This document shows positions 39,617 to 48,900 of a DNA stretch of 64,000 nt, piece after piece. The stretch lies in NCBI GenBank assembly GCA_963755715.1, contig CAVWLW010000033.1, positions 1 through 64,000 on the forward strand. Direction: 5' to 3'. Position 1 is the stretch's first letter; each line of letters opens with the position of its first letter. This DNA comes from an uncultured delta proteobacterium. GTDB taxonomy: Bacteria > Desulfobacterota > Binatia > UBA9968. A model generated the notes under the pieces. That model did not search any database. It was not told the DNA's origin and saw only the letters and a list, made by a program, of their open reading frames with translations. Position numbers and translations under genes: made by a program.

Positions 39617-39932
39617 CGCTCTCTTAATGGACGGCTGACCGCGTTCAAGCAACATCAAAAACTCCTGCTCTGTTTTTCAGCACCGTCAAATCGTCGTCCG
39701 TTGAAATTTATCTTTTCGATCAGCAAGGTGTCAATGACTTTACACTCGTCGTCGTTTCAATGTACCTGATCAATATATCTATATATCTCCGACATACCCG
39801 CGTGGCAGAGGTCCATGGGATATGACCGGCTGCATGAATGCCTGCGGTCACTCCATATTTTGCGCGGCTGGACGCTTGACGCTTTCCGTACGGGAGGTGT
39901 ACTTGTGGCGTAATCCTGAAAGGAGATCAAAA

Positions 39933-40307
39933 ATGCGCGTACTCAAAATGAGTGAACTTGAAGAAAAGCCGATGGACACGGCGACGCCCATCGCCGGCTG
40001 GACGGGTGGAGCAGTGAGCCGGACGCGGCAGGCAATTATTGGCGACGGGCAGTCGGAGAATTTCCGCTGTAACGTGGTCAATTTCCGGGTTGGCGCAACG
40101 ACTGGCTGGCATGTGCACGACTGCGATCAGATTCTTGTCGTCACAGCGGGAAAGGGAAAAGTCGCGAGTGAAACTGAAGAGCGTGATATCACGGTTGGCG
40201 ATGTCGTCCATATCAAAGCCGGAGAGCGTCATTGGCATGGCGCGTCGGCGACTTCGCCGCTGTCGCACATCACAGTGACGACGGTGGGCAGCACGTCGAA
40301 GCATTGA
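39933..40307 (+). CDS. Cupin-domain protein
   Basis: WHVHDCDQIL, GDVVHI.AGERHWHGA; AGGAG RBS. Confidence 0.9.
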   Translation: MRVLKMSELEEKPMDTATPIAGWTGGAVSRTRQAIIGDGQSENFRCNVVNFRVGATTGWHVHDCDQILVVTAGKGKVASETEERDITVGDVVHIKAGERHWHGASATSPLSHITVTTVGSTSKH

Positions 40308-40335
40308 GCAGGGTGGTGACGAAAGGGTTCTCGTG

Positions 40336-40411
40336 CTTCGAGAGGCTCGGCACGAACGGATAGTTCTTCGTCCTTTCAATTGTTTTTCCGTTCATCCTGA
40401 GCGTGTCGAAG
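40336..40411. repeat. Intergenic inverted repeat (CTTCGA..CTCAG..GAACGG type REP/MITE-like)
   Basis: cttcgagaggctcggcacgaacgga ... tccgttcatcctgagcgtgtcgaag, imperfect inverted arms. Confidence 0.65.
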
Positions 40412-40492
40412 GACTCCGAGAGAATCTTTCCGCGTGGTGATCTAGACGTGAACAGGTACTGATCCGGTTTTGGCTTCGGAGGAGGAATACTC

Positions 40493-41383
40493 ATGCAAAT
40501 TCTGAAAGGCGACTTGAGTAACGTCAAAGGAATCCCTCCGAGCGGGCTCTGCGTCGGCGTTCATCGCGCCGGCGCGGTGCATCAGAAGATGGTCGCGAAG
40601 CACGGCGACGGTCTCGCAGTCTGGTCGCTCAGACCCGATCTGGATTTCATTGCTTTCAAAAAGGAAGGGCTGGGCGAACAGGGGATTCGCTCCACCAGTG
40701 ATATGGAATCGATAGACGCCGGTGAAAAACTGATTTACGGCGTGCGCGGGGCGCCGCCCGAGGTGAGAGAAAAGGCGCGTGAGAAAGGCCTCACCCTGCT
40801 GGCCGACGCGACCTGTCCTTTTGTCACGCAGCAGGAAGAGGCGGAGATCGAGCTGCTGAACGCCGGCTGTCATCTGGTGGTTCTCAGCAGTCGCACGCAT
40901 CACGGCATCCCGAGGTTGCAGGGGATCGCGCGAGCGAAAGGCAAAGAAGTTTTTATCGTCGAGCGCGAGGAAGAAGTCGATTCGATTCGGCTCACTCGTT
41001 TCGAGCCCATCGGCGTGATCGTGCAGACGACCTTCTGGCTGGAAACGTACAAGAAAATTATGGCGCGCATACTCGAGCGCTTCGCCAACGTCCAGGTTCG
41101 CAACACTGCCTGCATCGACTCGCTGCAGCGACTTCCGGAGGTAGAAAAGCTAGCTAAACAAGTCGATGCGATAATTATTTTCGGCTGGACCGAAGGCATG
41201 ACGACCCGAATGATCGAAGTCGCCCGCGCTTTCAATGCGGACGTGCACAAAATCGAAAAGGTCGACGACCTCAGGTTGGACTGGCTGCGGGGAAAAGAGA
41301 AAGTGGGTATCATCGGCGCCAACGAGACCCCCGAGTGGATGATCAATGAAGCGATCGAGCGCATCAAAAGCATGGCGGCCTGA
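40493..41383 (+). CDS. IspH/LytB-fold [4Fe-4S] protein with a divergent active site
   Basis: GLCVGVHRA, DATCPFV, QTT, NTAC, VGIIGANETPEW align to IspH; several catalytic residues are replaced. Confidence 0.8.
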   Translation: MQILKGDLSNVKGIPPSGLCVGVHRAGAVHQKMVAKHGDGLAVWSLRPDLDFIAFKKEGLGEQGIRSTSDMESIDAGEKLIYGVRGAPPEVREKAREKGLTLLADATCPFVTQQEEAEIELLNAGCHLVVLSSRTHHGIPRLQGIARAKGKEVFIVEREEEVDSIRLTRFEPIGVIVQTTFWLETYKKIMARILERFANVQVRNTACIDSLQRLPEVEKLAKQVDAIIIFGWTEGMTTRMIEVARAFNADVHKIEKVDDLRLDWLRGKEKVGIIGANETPEWMINEAIERIKSMAA

Positions 41384-41386
41384 GCT

Positions 41387-41668
41387 ATGCCGAAAGTGAC
41401 GTTTATGCCGGTCGGCCAGTCGTTTGAAGTGGCGGCGGGGACGACGATCCTGGTTTCGGCGATCCAGAACGGCTTGCAGCTGCGCCACGACTGCACCGAA
41501 GCGATTTGCGGCACGGACCGGGTGAAGATCCTTTCCGGTAAAGAACAGCTGAGTGAAAAGAATGAGAACGAGGAATTGACCCTCGAAATGATGAACGCGG
41601 GGCCGGACGAAAGACTCGCTTGCGTCGCGCGGGTTGTCGGCGACGTGACTGTCCAAGTGATCGAGTAA
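41387..41668 (+). CDS. 2Fe-2S ferredoxin-like protein (Cys3Asp)
   Basis: MPKVTF, HDCTEAICGTDRV, ERLAC. Confidence 0.85.
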   Translation: MPKVTFMPVGQSFEVAAGTTILVSAIQNGLQLRHDCTEAICGTDRVKILSGKEQLSEKNENEELTLEMMNAGPDERLACVARVVGDVTVQVIE

Positions 41669-41686
41669 ACGACCCAAGGAGGATCG

Positions 41687-42793
41687 ATGGCGGCGCCAGT
41701 GGCGATTCTAGCAAAACCGGACGATCATCGCGGTATTCTCACCATGGCGGAGGCGGTCAATGCTATGATCGAGGCGTTTCGCAATTGGGCGCAGGACCCG
41801 CTGGTGGCGGAGCTTCGGCGGCGCACGCATACGCCGAAGAACGTACGAATTACTTTACACCAGGGCGCCGCGCCGGCTTACGGCACGACGGGCATCATGG
41901 CGCACGCGGAGCTTGTGCGCATTTTCGGCGACAAACAAAAATATCCGCGCCGCGGCCGCCCGGTGCTGGTGCTTTACGACAGCGACACCGCGGCTTTGAA
42001 ACTCATTCTAATCGGCGAAATGCATCCCAAAGAGCTGCCGGATGCAAACAGCGTGGTGGCGATGCCGACGGCCTGCGCTTCGATGGTCGGGACCGATCTG
42101 CTCGCGCGCAAAGATTGCCGGGTCGCGGGGATTTTCGGCGCCGGGGATCAGGCCAGACTGCACCTCCTCGCGCTCACCTGTATTCGGAAATCGATCAATA
42201 AAGTGCGTGTCTTCAGCCCGACCCGCGAAACCCGAGAAAAGTTCGCTGCGGAAATGAGCGCGGTTTTGAGTATCGAAGTCAGCGCCGCTGATTCTGCCGC
42301 AGAGGTGGTCGACGGCGCCGACGTGATCGTGTGCGCGACCAATTCGAACGTTCCTGTCTTTGACGGTAATTGGCTGGTTCCCGGCCAGCATGTCACCTCG
42401 ATCGTTTCGAGCAACATCGGATTGAAAAAGAGAGGCTATGTCGACCAAATGCGCCGTGAGATCGACGAGCGGACTCTGGAGCGCGCCGACATTTTGATGA
42501 CCAATGTTTGGGGACAGGAAGAACTGGACAAGACCGCAGTGTTTTGGGAAGCCTCACTCGATCGTCCGAATATCGCGCGCAAGATCGTCGACGCCGGAGA
42601 GGTGATTCGCGGTGAAAAAAACGGACGGACCGACGCTTCTCAAATCACCTATTTCAAAAACTGCGCGTTTTGGGGCATCGGCGCCGCGGCCATCGGCGGG
42701 CTGATCTACGACAAACTTTTGCAGCAGCGCAAGGGATTGGTGCTCGACTTCAACCCGCATGAATTTTATGACGATGCGTGGACGGAGGATTAG
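41687..42793 (+). CDS. Ornithine cyclodeaminase / mu-crystallin-family protein (divergent)
   Basis: VLYDSDT, GIFGAGDQA, VFSPT, ADVIVCATNS, PGQHV, REID, GR....ITYFKN. Confidence 0.85.
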   Translation: MAAPVAILAKPDDHRGILTMAEAVNAMIEAFRNWAQDPLVAELRRRTHTPKNVRITLHQGAAPAYGTTGIMAHAELVRIFGDKQKYPRRGRPVLVLYDSDTAALKLILIGEMHPKELPDANSVVAMPTACASMVGTDLLARKDCRVAGIFGAGDQARLHLLALTCIRKSINKVRVFSPTRETREKFAAEMSAVLSIEVSAADSAAEVVDGADVIVCATNSNVPVFDGNWLVPGQHVTSIVSSNIGLKKRGYVDQMRREIDERTLERADILMTNVWGQEELDKTAVFWEASLDRPNIARKIVDAGEVIRGEKNGRTDASQITYFKNCAFWGIGAAAIGGLIYDKLLQQRKGLVLDFNPHEFYDDAWTED

Positions 42794-42980
42794 ATCCGGT
42801 TGATTGAGAGAGAATGTGGATTACCGTGAAGATGATTAAAGTGAGGGATGCTTAGATTGCGCGGAACAACTCCGAGGAAGAGACGACAGATGGCTGACTG
42901 AGATGATTGGCGGAGATGCGTTCATGTCAGCCGCACGCCAAGTACGCCCAGATAGGCTGTCGACCGAAAAAGGATTAGCG

Positions 42981-43535
42981 ATGCCTTACATCAGAACCAT
43001 TCCGCCGCAGAGGCGACCGGCAAGCTCAAAGAAGTTTACGAGTCGCTGGCGGCGGGCCTTCGGCGGCGAGGGGAAAAGTCGCGATGGTGCGCCAAGTGCA
43101 GAGTTTGAATCCCGACGCTCTCATGGCGTGGAGCGACCTAGGCGCTGAGATCATGCACGGGCGGTCGAACTATTACGCGGCGCCAGCGCGAAATGATCGC
43201 GACCGTCGTGTCGGCGACGAATCACTGTAGCTATTGAACGACCGCTCACGGAGAGGCTCTCCGTACAGAGACCGACGACGATCCGTTCGTCGAAGCGATC
43301 AAGCAGGACTACACCAAAGTCGATTTGCCGGCCGAATGAGCGGGCGATGTTGGACTACGCTGTAAAGCTCACCATCGCACCGTCGAGCGTCGGGGAGGAA
43401 GACATCAAAATCTTGCGCTCACACGGCTTCGACGATCGCGATATCCTCGACATCATCTACGTGATTTGTCTGTACAACTTTAACGATCGGATCGCCGATG
43501 CCACAGGAATCAAAGCACACGATTTTCTTCGATAA
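42981..43535 (+). CDS. AhpD/carboxymuconolactone-decarboxylase-like peroxidase-related protein, putative selenoprotein (in-frame TGA 43235-43237; several additional indels)
   Basis: MPYIRTI...GKLKEVY...REMIATVVSATNHCSY-TGA-TTAHGEAL...AMLDYAVKLT...LRSHGFDDRDILDI...YNFNDRIADATG. Confidence 0.75.
43248..43264 (+). promoter_or_regulatory. SECIS-like hairpin
   Basis: ACGGAGA-GGC-TCTCCGT perfect stem beginning 11 nt after the TGA, with a G-led apical loop. Confidence 0.55.
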
Positions 43536-43642
43536 GGGATCAACTAGTTATTTGCAGAAATAGGTTCAATGATCACGACAGGGCCTCGGAACGAAGCTAA
43601 CGGTGTGCGTTCGGCAAGCACCCTAGCTGAAGGAAAGATTGG

Positions 43643-44431
43643 ATGATCGAGCTCTATCACAACGACATGTCGGTGTGCGCGCAAAAAGTTCGATTCACGC
43701 TCGCGGAGAAAAAGCTTGCGTGGGAAGGCCATCATTTGAATCTTCGCGCCGGCGATCAACAGGAACCGGAATATTTGAAGCTCAATCCGAATGCTGTGGT
43801 GCCGACCCTCGTAGACGATGGGAATATCATCATCGAGTCCACGGTCATCTGCGAATATCTCGACGACGCCTATCTTGAGCCGAAGCTTAAACCGGTCAAT
43901 GCGCTGGGGCGCGCACGCATGCGCTTGTGGACCAAGCAGCTTGATGAGGGCGTACACGCGGCGACCAGCGTCGTCAGCTCGGCGATCGCGTTTCGTTATC
44001 AAAAGCTTGCCATCGGCATGGAAGCGCTCGAAGAATTCCACAAAAAGATGCCCGATCCGGTGAAGCGGGAAAAGAGCTGGGAGAACGTTACCAAAGGCGT
44101 CGAGTCGCGCTTCTTTCCCGAGGCGATCCAGCGCTTCGACAAATTGCTCGCGGACATGGAGGCTTCATTAAAGGAATCATCGTGGCTCGCCGGAAATGAG
44201 TTTTCCCTCGCAGATATCGGCTACGCGCCGTACATTACCCGGCTCGATCATCTGCAACTGCAATTTCTCTGGGACAAGCGGCCTCATATTCCCGATTGGT
44301 ACGACCGCTTGCGCGAGCGCCGGGCTTACACGGAAGCACTGGAAAAATGGTTCAACGCCAACTATCTGCCGCTGATGAAAGAAAAGGGTCTCGAAGTTCG
44401 CGACAAAGTCAAAGCGATCGTGGCGGAATAA
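43643..44431 (+). CDS. Glutathione S-transferase-family protein
   Basis: SVCAQKVR, YLKLNPNAVVPTL, ESTVICEYLD, FSLADI. Confidence 0.92.
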   Translation: MIELYHNDMSVCAQKVRFTLAEKKLAWEGHHLNLRAGDQQEPEYLKLNPNAVVPTLVDDGNIIIESTVICEYLDDAYLEPKLKPVNALGRARMRLWTKQLDEGVHAATSVVSSAIAFRYQKLAIGMEALEEFHKKMPDPVKREKSWENVTKGVESRFFPEAIQRFDKLLADMEASLKESSWLAGNEFSLADIGYAPYITRLDHLQLQFLWDKRPHIPDWYDRLRERRAYTEALEKWFNANYLPLMKEKGLEVRDKVKAIVAE

Positions 44432-44459
44432 CTCTGCCTGAATTCCTGAAAGGTGAAAT

Positions 44460-45011
44460 ATGGAAAGCGCCGGATTGGTGTTGGGTGCTTTGGGTCGCGT
44501 TCGTCAAATGGTGCGCGAGGCGATCAGCGACTTAAGCGCGGACGAAATGCTCGCCCCACCCAAACCGCATATCGCCTGGCTCACTTGGCACATCGCGCGG
44601 GTCCAGGACGCTAATTTTTCTGGGCTTCTCGAGCGACCGCAGTTGTGGATCACCGATCGCTGGCACGAGCGCTTCGGTATGGCTCCCAATCCGCGGGATT
44701 ACGGCTCCGGCCATCGGCAATCCCGCGAGCAAGTCGATGCGTTTACTGTCACGGACAAAACATTGTTGCTCGATTATCTCGACGCCGTCTTCGCGCAAAC
44801 CAAAGACTACTTGTCGACTGTTACCAACGCCGATTTGAACCGAGTCCTCAACGAACCGCAATACTCTCCATTGCCCACCCTCAGCGTCCGTCTCGCCAGC
44901 GTCATCAATTGCAACACGCGCCACGCCGGTCAGATCGAATATCTGCGCGGCCTGGTCAAATACGGCGGTTGGTTTCCTGGTGCGGAAAAGCGAAGCAGTT
45001 CCGGGACATAG
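44460..45011 (+). CDS. DinB-family protein
   Basis: IAWLTWHIARVQD, RHAGQIEYLRG. Confidence 0.85.
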   Translation: MESAGLVLGALGRVRQMVREAISDLSADEMLAPPKPHIAWLTWHIARVQDANFSGLLERPQLWITDRWHERFGMAPNPRDYGSGHRQSREQVDAFTVTDKTLLLDYLDAVFAQTKDYLSTVTNADLNRVLNEPQYSPLPTLSVRLASVINCNTRHAGQIEYLRGLVKYGGWFPGAEKRSSSGT

Positions 45012-45183
45012 CGCTGTACCAGTGGCTGGTGTCGACCCTAGAGCCGGCGAGACTGTTTCGCTAAAGGTTCAGGAGCATCTGTCGGTCGCTTGCATGTGCC
45101 ATTGCCCTGGATCTCGCCTGCACGGTTCCTCTTGCTCCCCGTCCCGTTTCCGCAGTAGAGATTAAAGGGGAAGGGGCCGGACT

Positions 45184-46343
45184 ATGAAATTCTCAATCTT
45201 CATGATGCCGCTGCATCATCCGACAGAAAATCCGTCGCTGGCGTTCGATCGCGATATCTCGCTGATCCACTATGCGGAAGAGCTTGGCTATGACGAGTTC
45301 TTTATCGGCGAGCATCACTCCGGCGGTTGGGAAACCATGCCCGCGCCGGAAATGGCTCTGGCCAAAGCATCGGCGCATGCCCACCGCATTCGCCTTGGCA
45401 CGTCGGTCATCAGCGTGCCGTTTCATCATCCGTTTCACGTCGCCGAGCGGATGGCGTTTCTCGATCATCTCACGAAGGGCCGCGCTATTCTCGGCGTCGG
45501 CCCCTGCGCTCTGGTCACGGACAAGAATCTTTTCGGCCTCGCTACTGAAAAGCTCTACCCGATGATGGCTGAGTCGGTGGATATCATCGTACGCTTGCTC
45601 GAATCGCCCGAGCCGATCGACTACGACGGTCAGTACTGGAAGATCCATCAAATGCGCTTGCAGCTCCGTTCCTACCAACAGCCGCGCATGCCGCTCGCGA
45701 TCGCGTCGTCGGGGAATCCGGTGAGCCTCGAACTGGCCGGCAAGTACGGCATGCTGTTTCTGTCGCCGGCGGGGAAAAATAAGAGAAACAATCAAACCAA
45801 GGCGGAACAATGGAATGACGTCGAAGCGTATCGCCAGCGAAGTCACGGCACGCAAACTTCGCGCGACAATTGGCGCATCGCAACCTGCGTGTATCTCGCC
45901 GACAGCCGGGAAGAGCGTGGCGCGATGTCGAGGAGAATGTCGCGCGCGACATGCAGTATTTTTTCGCCATCGGTCTGAAAGCTCCTTACGAGGCGTACCC
46001 TGGACAGCCGGCGCAAGAAATCACGCCGCGTTCCGGCGCCGACCGGCGCGACTGGATTATCGGCACGCCGGACGACGCGATCGCGCAGATCGAACGCATG
46101 CAGACGGAAACCGGCGGCTTCGGCGGGCTTATGTTGACCACACATGAGTGGGCGAGCACGGAAAAGCTGCGGCACTCTTATGAGCTTTTCGCGCGCTACG
46201 TCATGCCGCACTTTCGCGGCCATACTCAAGGATACCGCGACGAGTGGCAGCGCATTCAGCAAGCAGTCACGAACGGCGGCAGTAAACTCACTCACACCGA
46301 TCAGCCGAGCGATCTGTCGAGTAAAGCTGGCGCGAGGTCATAA
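45184..46343 (+). CDS. LLM-class flavin-dependent monooxygenase (limonene monooxygenase-like; frameshift near 45915)
   Basis: FMMPLHHP.ENP, GEHHSGGWE, IRLGTSV, LDHLTKGR; C-terminus IIGTPDD...SYELFARYVMPHF in ORF 45870..46343. Confidence 0.88.
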
Positions 46344-46381
46344 GCGCCGCCGCGGCTCCATGCCGTTCAATACCAGAAAAT

Positions 46382-46729
46382 CTACTGGCGGGAATTGAGT
46401 TGTTGGATGTCGTCTGCCGCCATCCTCCGTCTGGCGATTGCTCGCGCTATTTCGATTCTTTTCTCAGCGATGTAGGCAAGATGCTCCGTTTCAACAACGT
46501 CGTTCTCTGTTGTCCATACACGCTCGGCTTGATCGAGCGTTAACCGCGCCCTATCCAGTGCTACTCCGGCGCGTCTGACTAGTTCGCGGTCTTGCCGCGC
46601 GCGATCGTAGTCGTCGCGCGCCCGCTGCAACGCTGGATTGCTTACGGCGCCGCAACCCAACGATAAAATCGCCAGCGATAAGAGCACCGCGCCAAGGCAC
46701 CTGGGATCGAGAAAGACATTGGGCTTCAT
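46382..46729 (-). CDS. DUF4398-type lipoprotein
   Basis: LSLGC lipobox; HLAYIAEKRIEIA helix. Confidence 0.65.
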   Translation of the reverse strand: MKPNVFLDPRCLGAVLLSLAILSLGCGAVSNPALQRARDDYDRARQDRELVRRAGVALDRARLTLDQAERVWTTENDVVETEHLAYIAEKRIEIARAIARRRMAADDIQQLNSRQ

Positions 46730-46732
46730 AAA

Positions 46733-47182
46733 CTACTCCTTGGTGGAAACGGGTGATGATGGCAGCCCTGTAGCGCGTTCGCTTTCGGACCGAAACGGGT
46801 CGAGCCGGCGCCGCAGATCGTCCGCCGCCCGGCGGGTAATTTCCGCTTCGGCCTTGGCCGCTGCGAGCTCGGCCTCGACTTGAGCGGTTTCGGCGAGCCG
46901 ACGCGCGTCGTCGTATTTTTTGGCGGCCATCGCCTTTTTAGACGCTTCGAGCTTCTCTCTGGCGCTTTGTAAATCCATCGGCGCGAGCTCATCAGCCCGC
47001 GCCTCGCTCGCCGCGCGCACGTCCAATTCCGCTTGGGACAAGATCCCGGTTGGTGGTTTGGCGCTGCTGCAGCCGATATTTTCAAAAACGAATAAGATCA
47101 ACAAAGACGGAAGAATTCCGACGCGAAAGGATTTTTTCTGCCGCCGCGTCAGGTCACGGTTCGGATCGGAGATCGCGCGCAT
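46733..47182 (-). CDS. DUF4398-type lipoprotein
   Basis: IGCSS; A..A.ADELAP.DL.SAREKL...ARRLAETAQVEAELA. Confidence 0.75.
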   Translation of the reverse strand: MRAISDPNRDLTRRQKKSFRVGILPSLLILFVFENIGCSSAKPPTGILSQAELDVRAASEARADELAPMDLQSAREKLEASKKAMAAKKYDDARRLAETAQVEAELAAAKAEAEITRRAADDLRRRLDPFRSESERATGLPSSPVSTKE

Positions 47183-47430
47183 GATTTTCCTCCCAGTTGG
47201 TCAATCGAACCAAGCCGTAGACGTCAGATGCAGCCGAGATCGGCGTGCTAATCGATTCGCCTAAATTGTATAACTCTCGATGTTAAGTACAAGTAGACAT
47301 AGTGTCCCACGTCTCCGCGTGCTTTTCGACCGGTGGACGCGCTGGGATGATCCTTATTTGTTGAAGCCGAGGTGTCGGAATTTGCGATGCATCTTTTCGC
47401 CCCGGCGAAAAATATATAAAGACTGAAGCC

Positions 47431-48645
47431 GTGAATTTAGCTCCGCTTTTTTACCGCGTGCCGCTCGCCATGCCTTATTGGAATGGCGCGATTTATCGAA
47501 GCGTGCTCCGTTCATTCTGTTCCGGGCGCGTCATCGATGGCGCAGACCTTGACGATCTGAGATCACGGCTAGTCCAAGAGCTTGGAGTCGAGGACGCGCT
47601 TCTGTGCGGTTCGGGAAGCTTGGCCCTCGAGATTGCGCTGCGCGCGTGCAAAGTGGCACGGGGCGACGAAGTGGTGATTCCGACCTTTTGCTGCACTGCC
47701 GTAGTTGCCCCGATTGTAGCGACGGGCGCGACGCCGGTTCTGGCGGACGTCGGTGAAGAGCTCAATCTTACGGTCGAGACGGTGCGACCGGTATTGACCC
47801 AGAAAACCCGCGCGATCATTGTGCCGCACCTTTTTGGCAATCCCGCCGACATCGAAGGGATCGCAGAACTGGCCGCGCGGAAAAACATTCGCGTGATCGA
47901 TGACGCCGCGCAAGCGCTTGGCGCGACGATCGACGGCCGGCCGGTCGGGAGCTTCGGCGCTGCCGGTATTCTCAGCTTTGGTAACGAAAAAGTTTGCTTC
48001 GGTCTCGGCGGCGGTATGGCTATTTTTCGCGATAAAAAACTTTTGCCGAGTGATTTGCGGTTACAACTCGCCCAGCCGAAGTTTTTGCCCACGCTTGGAA
48101 AACTCGCATCGACGCTGTGCGCGTGGCGTTGGCGCCGGTTGACGGCGCCGCTATTGAAATTATCCTCGGGGCTGCGACACCGAAGTCCCGAGTCAGCTCC
48201 GATAGCGTATCGGCGCGAATCGATGGCCAATCTCCAAGCAGCAGTCGCCAAGAATTTAATGCAAACCCTGCGTGAGAATATTCAAGCGCGCCGCGAGCGC
48301 GTGCGTGCCTATCAAAACTTACTGGCAGGAGTAGCGGGTTTACAACTGATTCCGCACCAGAGCGGCTCTGCCTGTTTAAGTCAGGTTGTGCGTTTGTTGC
48401 GTCCGAATGACCGCCGCGACTTGGCTGTGAACGCAATCACGGCGCTGGATCGGAGCGGTTATGAAATTCAGGGCAGCTACGTGCCCATTCATCTCCTGAG
48501 CAATTTCGGCATGTGTGTTTGGGATCATCTTCCTTATGCAGAAAGAATTTGGGCTGATCTCATCGAGCTGCCTTGCGAACCTGACGTGGAGCTCACTCAA
48601 GTCGAGCAAATCAGCGCGATTGTCAAAGCGAGCGTTCATTCGTAG
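47431..48645 (+). CDS. DegT/DnrJ/EryC1/StrS-family PLP aminotransferase
   Basis: GDEVVIP, HLFGNPAD, IDDAAQALGA, SFGNEK. Confidence 0.85.
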   Translation: MNLAPLFYRVPLAMPYWNGAIYRSVLRSFCSGRVIDGADLDDLRSRLVQELGVEDALLCGSGSLALEIALRACKVARGDEVVIPTFCCTAVVAPIVATGATPVLADVGEELNLTVETVRPVLTQKTRAIIVPHLFGNPADIEGIAELAARKNIRVIDDAAQALGATIDGRPVGSFGAAGILSFGNEKVCFGLGGGMAIFRDKKLLPSDLRLQLAQPKFLPTLGKLASTLCAWRWRRLTAPLLKLSSGLRHRSPESAPIAYRRESMANLQAAVAKNLMQTLRENIQARRERVRAYQNLLAGVAGLQLIPHQSGSACLSQVVRLLRPNDRRDLAVNAITALDRSGYEIQGSYVPIHLLSNFGMCVWDHLPYAERIWADLIELPCEPDVELTQVEQISAIVKASVHS

Positions 48646-48900
48646 CAGGTGTGCCGGCCCATTTTTCGTATTTTTCGCGCTGTAGGCTGCGCGCCAAATT
48701 GCCGTGGTGATTCCTGTCTTCCGCTCGACGCAAACCGGAAGTTTGTGATAACCCTCGGGGAGATGAGCGCCGCCTCGCCGATCAATATTTTTACGCTTTG
48801 GTTCTTCCTTCGTTGTTTCTGCTTCTACGTGCAGATTCTCCCGTCCGTTCGATTGCTAATCTAAATCAATGCTGAGCGCGCGTGAAATTTACGAGGTTCC

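Noticed and set aside
39773-39786. ATATATCTATATAT near-palindrome as an operator for the redox operon
   Set aside because: Low-complexity, single copy, and no adjacent regulator to tie it to.
42794-42980. Small ORF between the OCD-like and AhpD-like genes
   Set aside because: Only short broken frames with no recognisable motif; cannot be supported given the local indels.
43337-43339. Second in-frame TGA as another selenocysteine
   Set aside because: Homology continues in a different frame (NERAMLDY), so it is explained by a 1-bp insertion; it is not at a Cys position.
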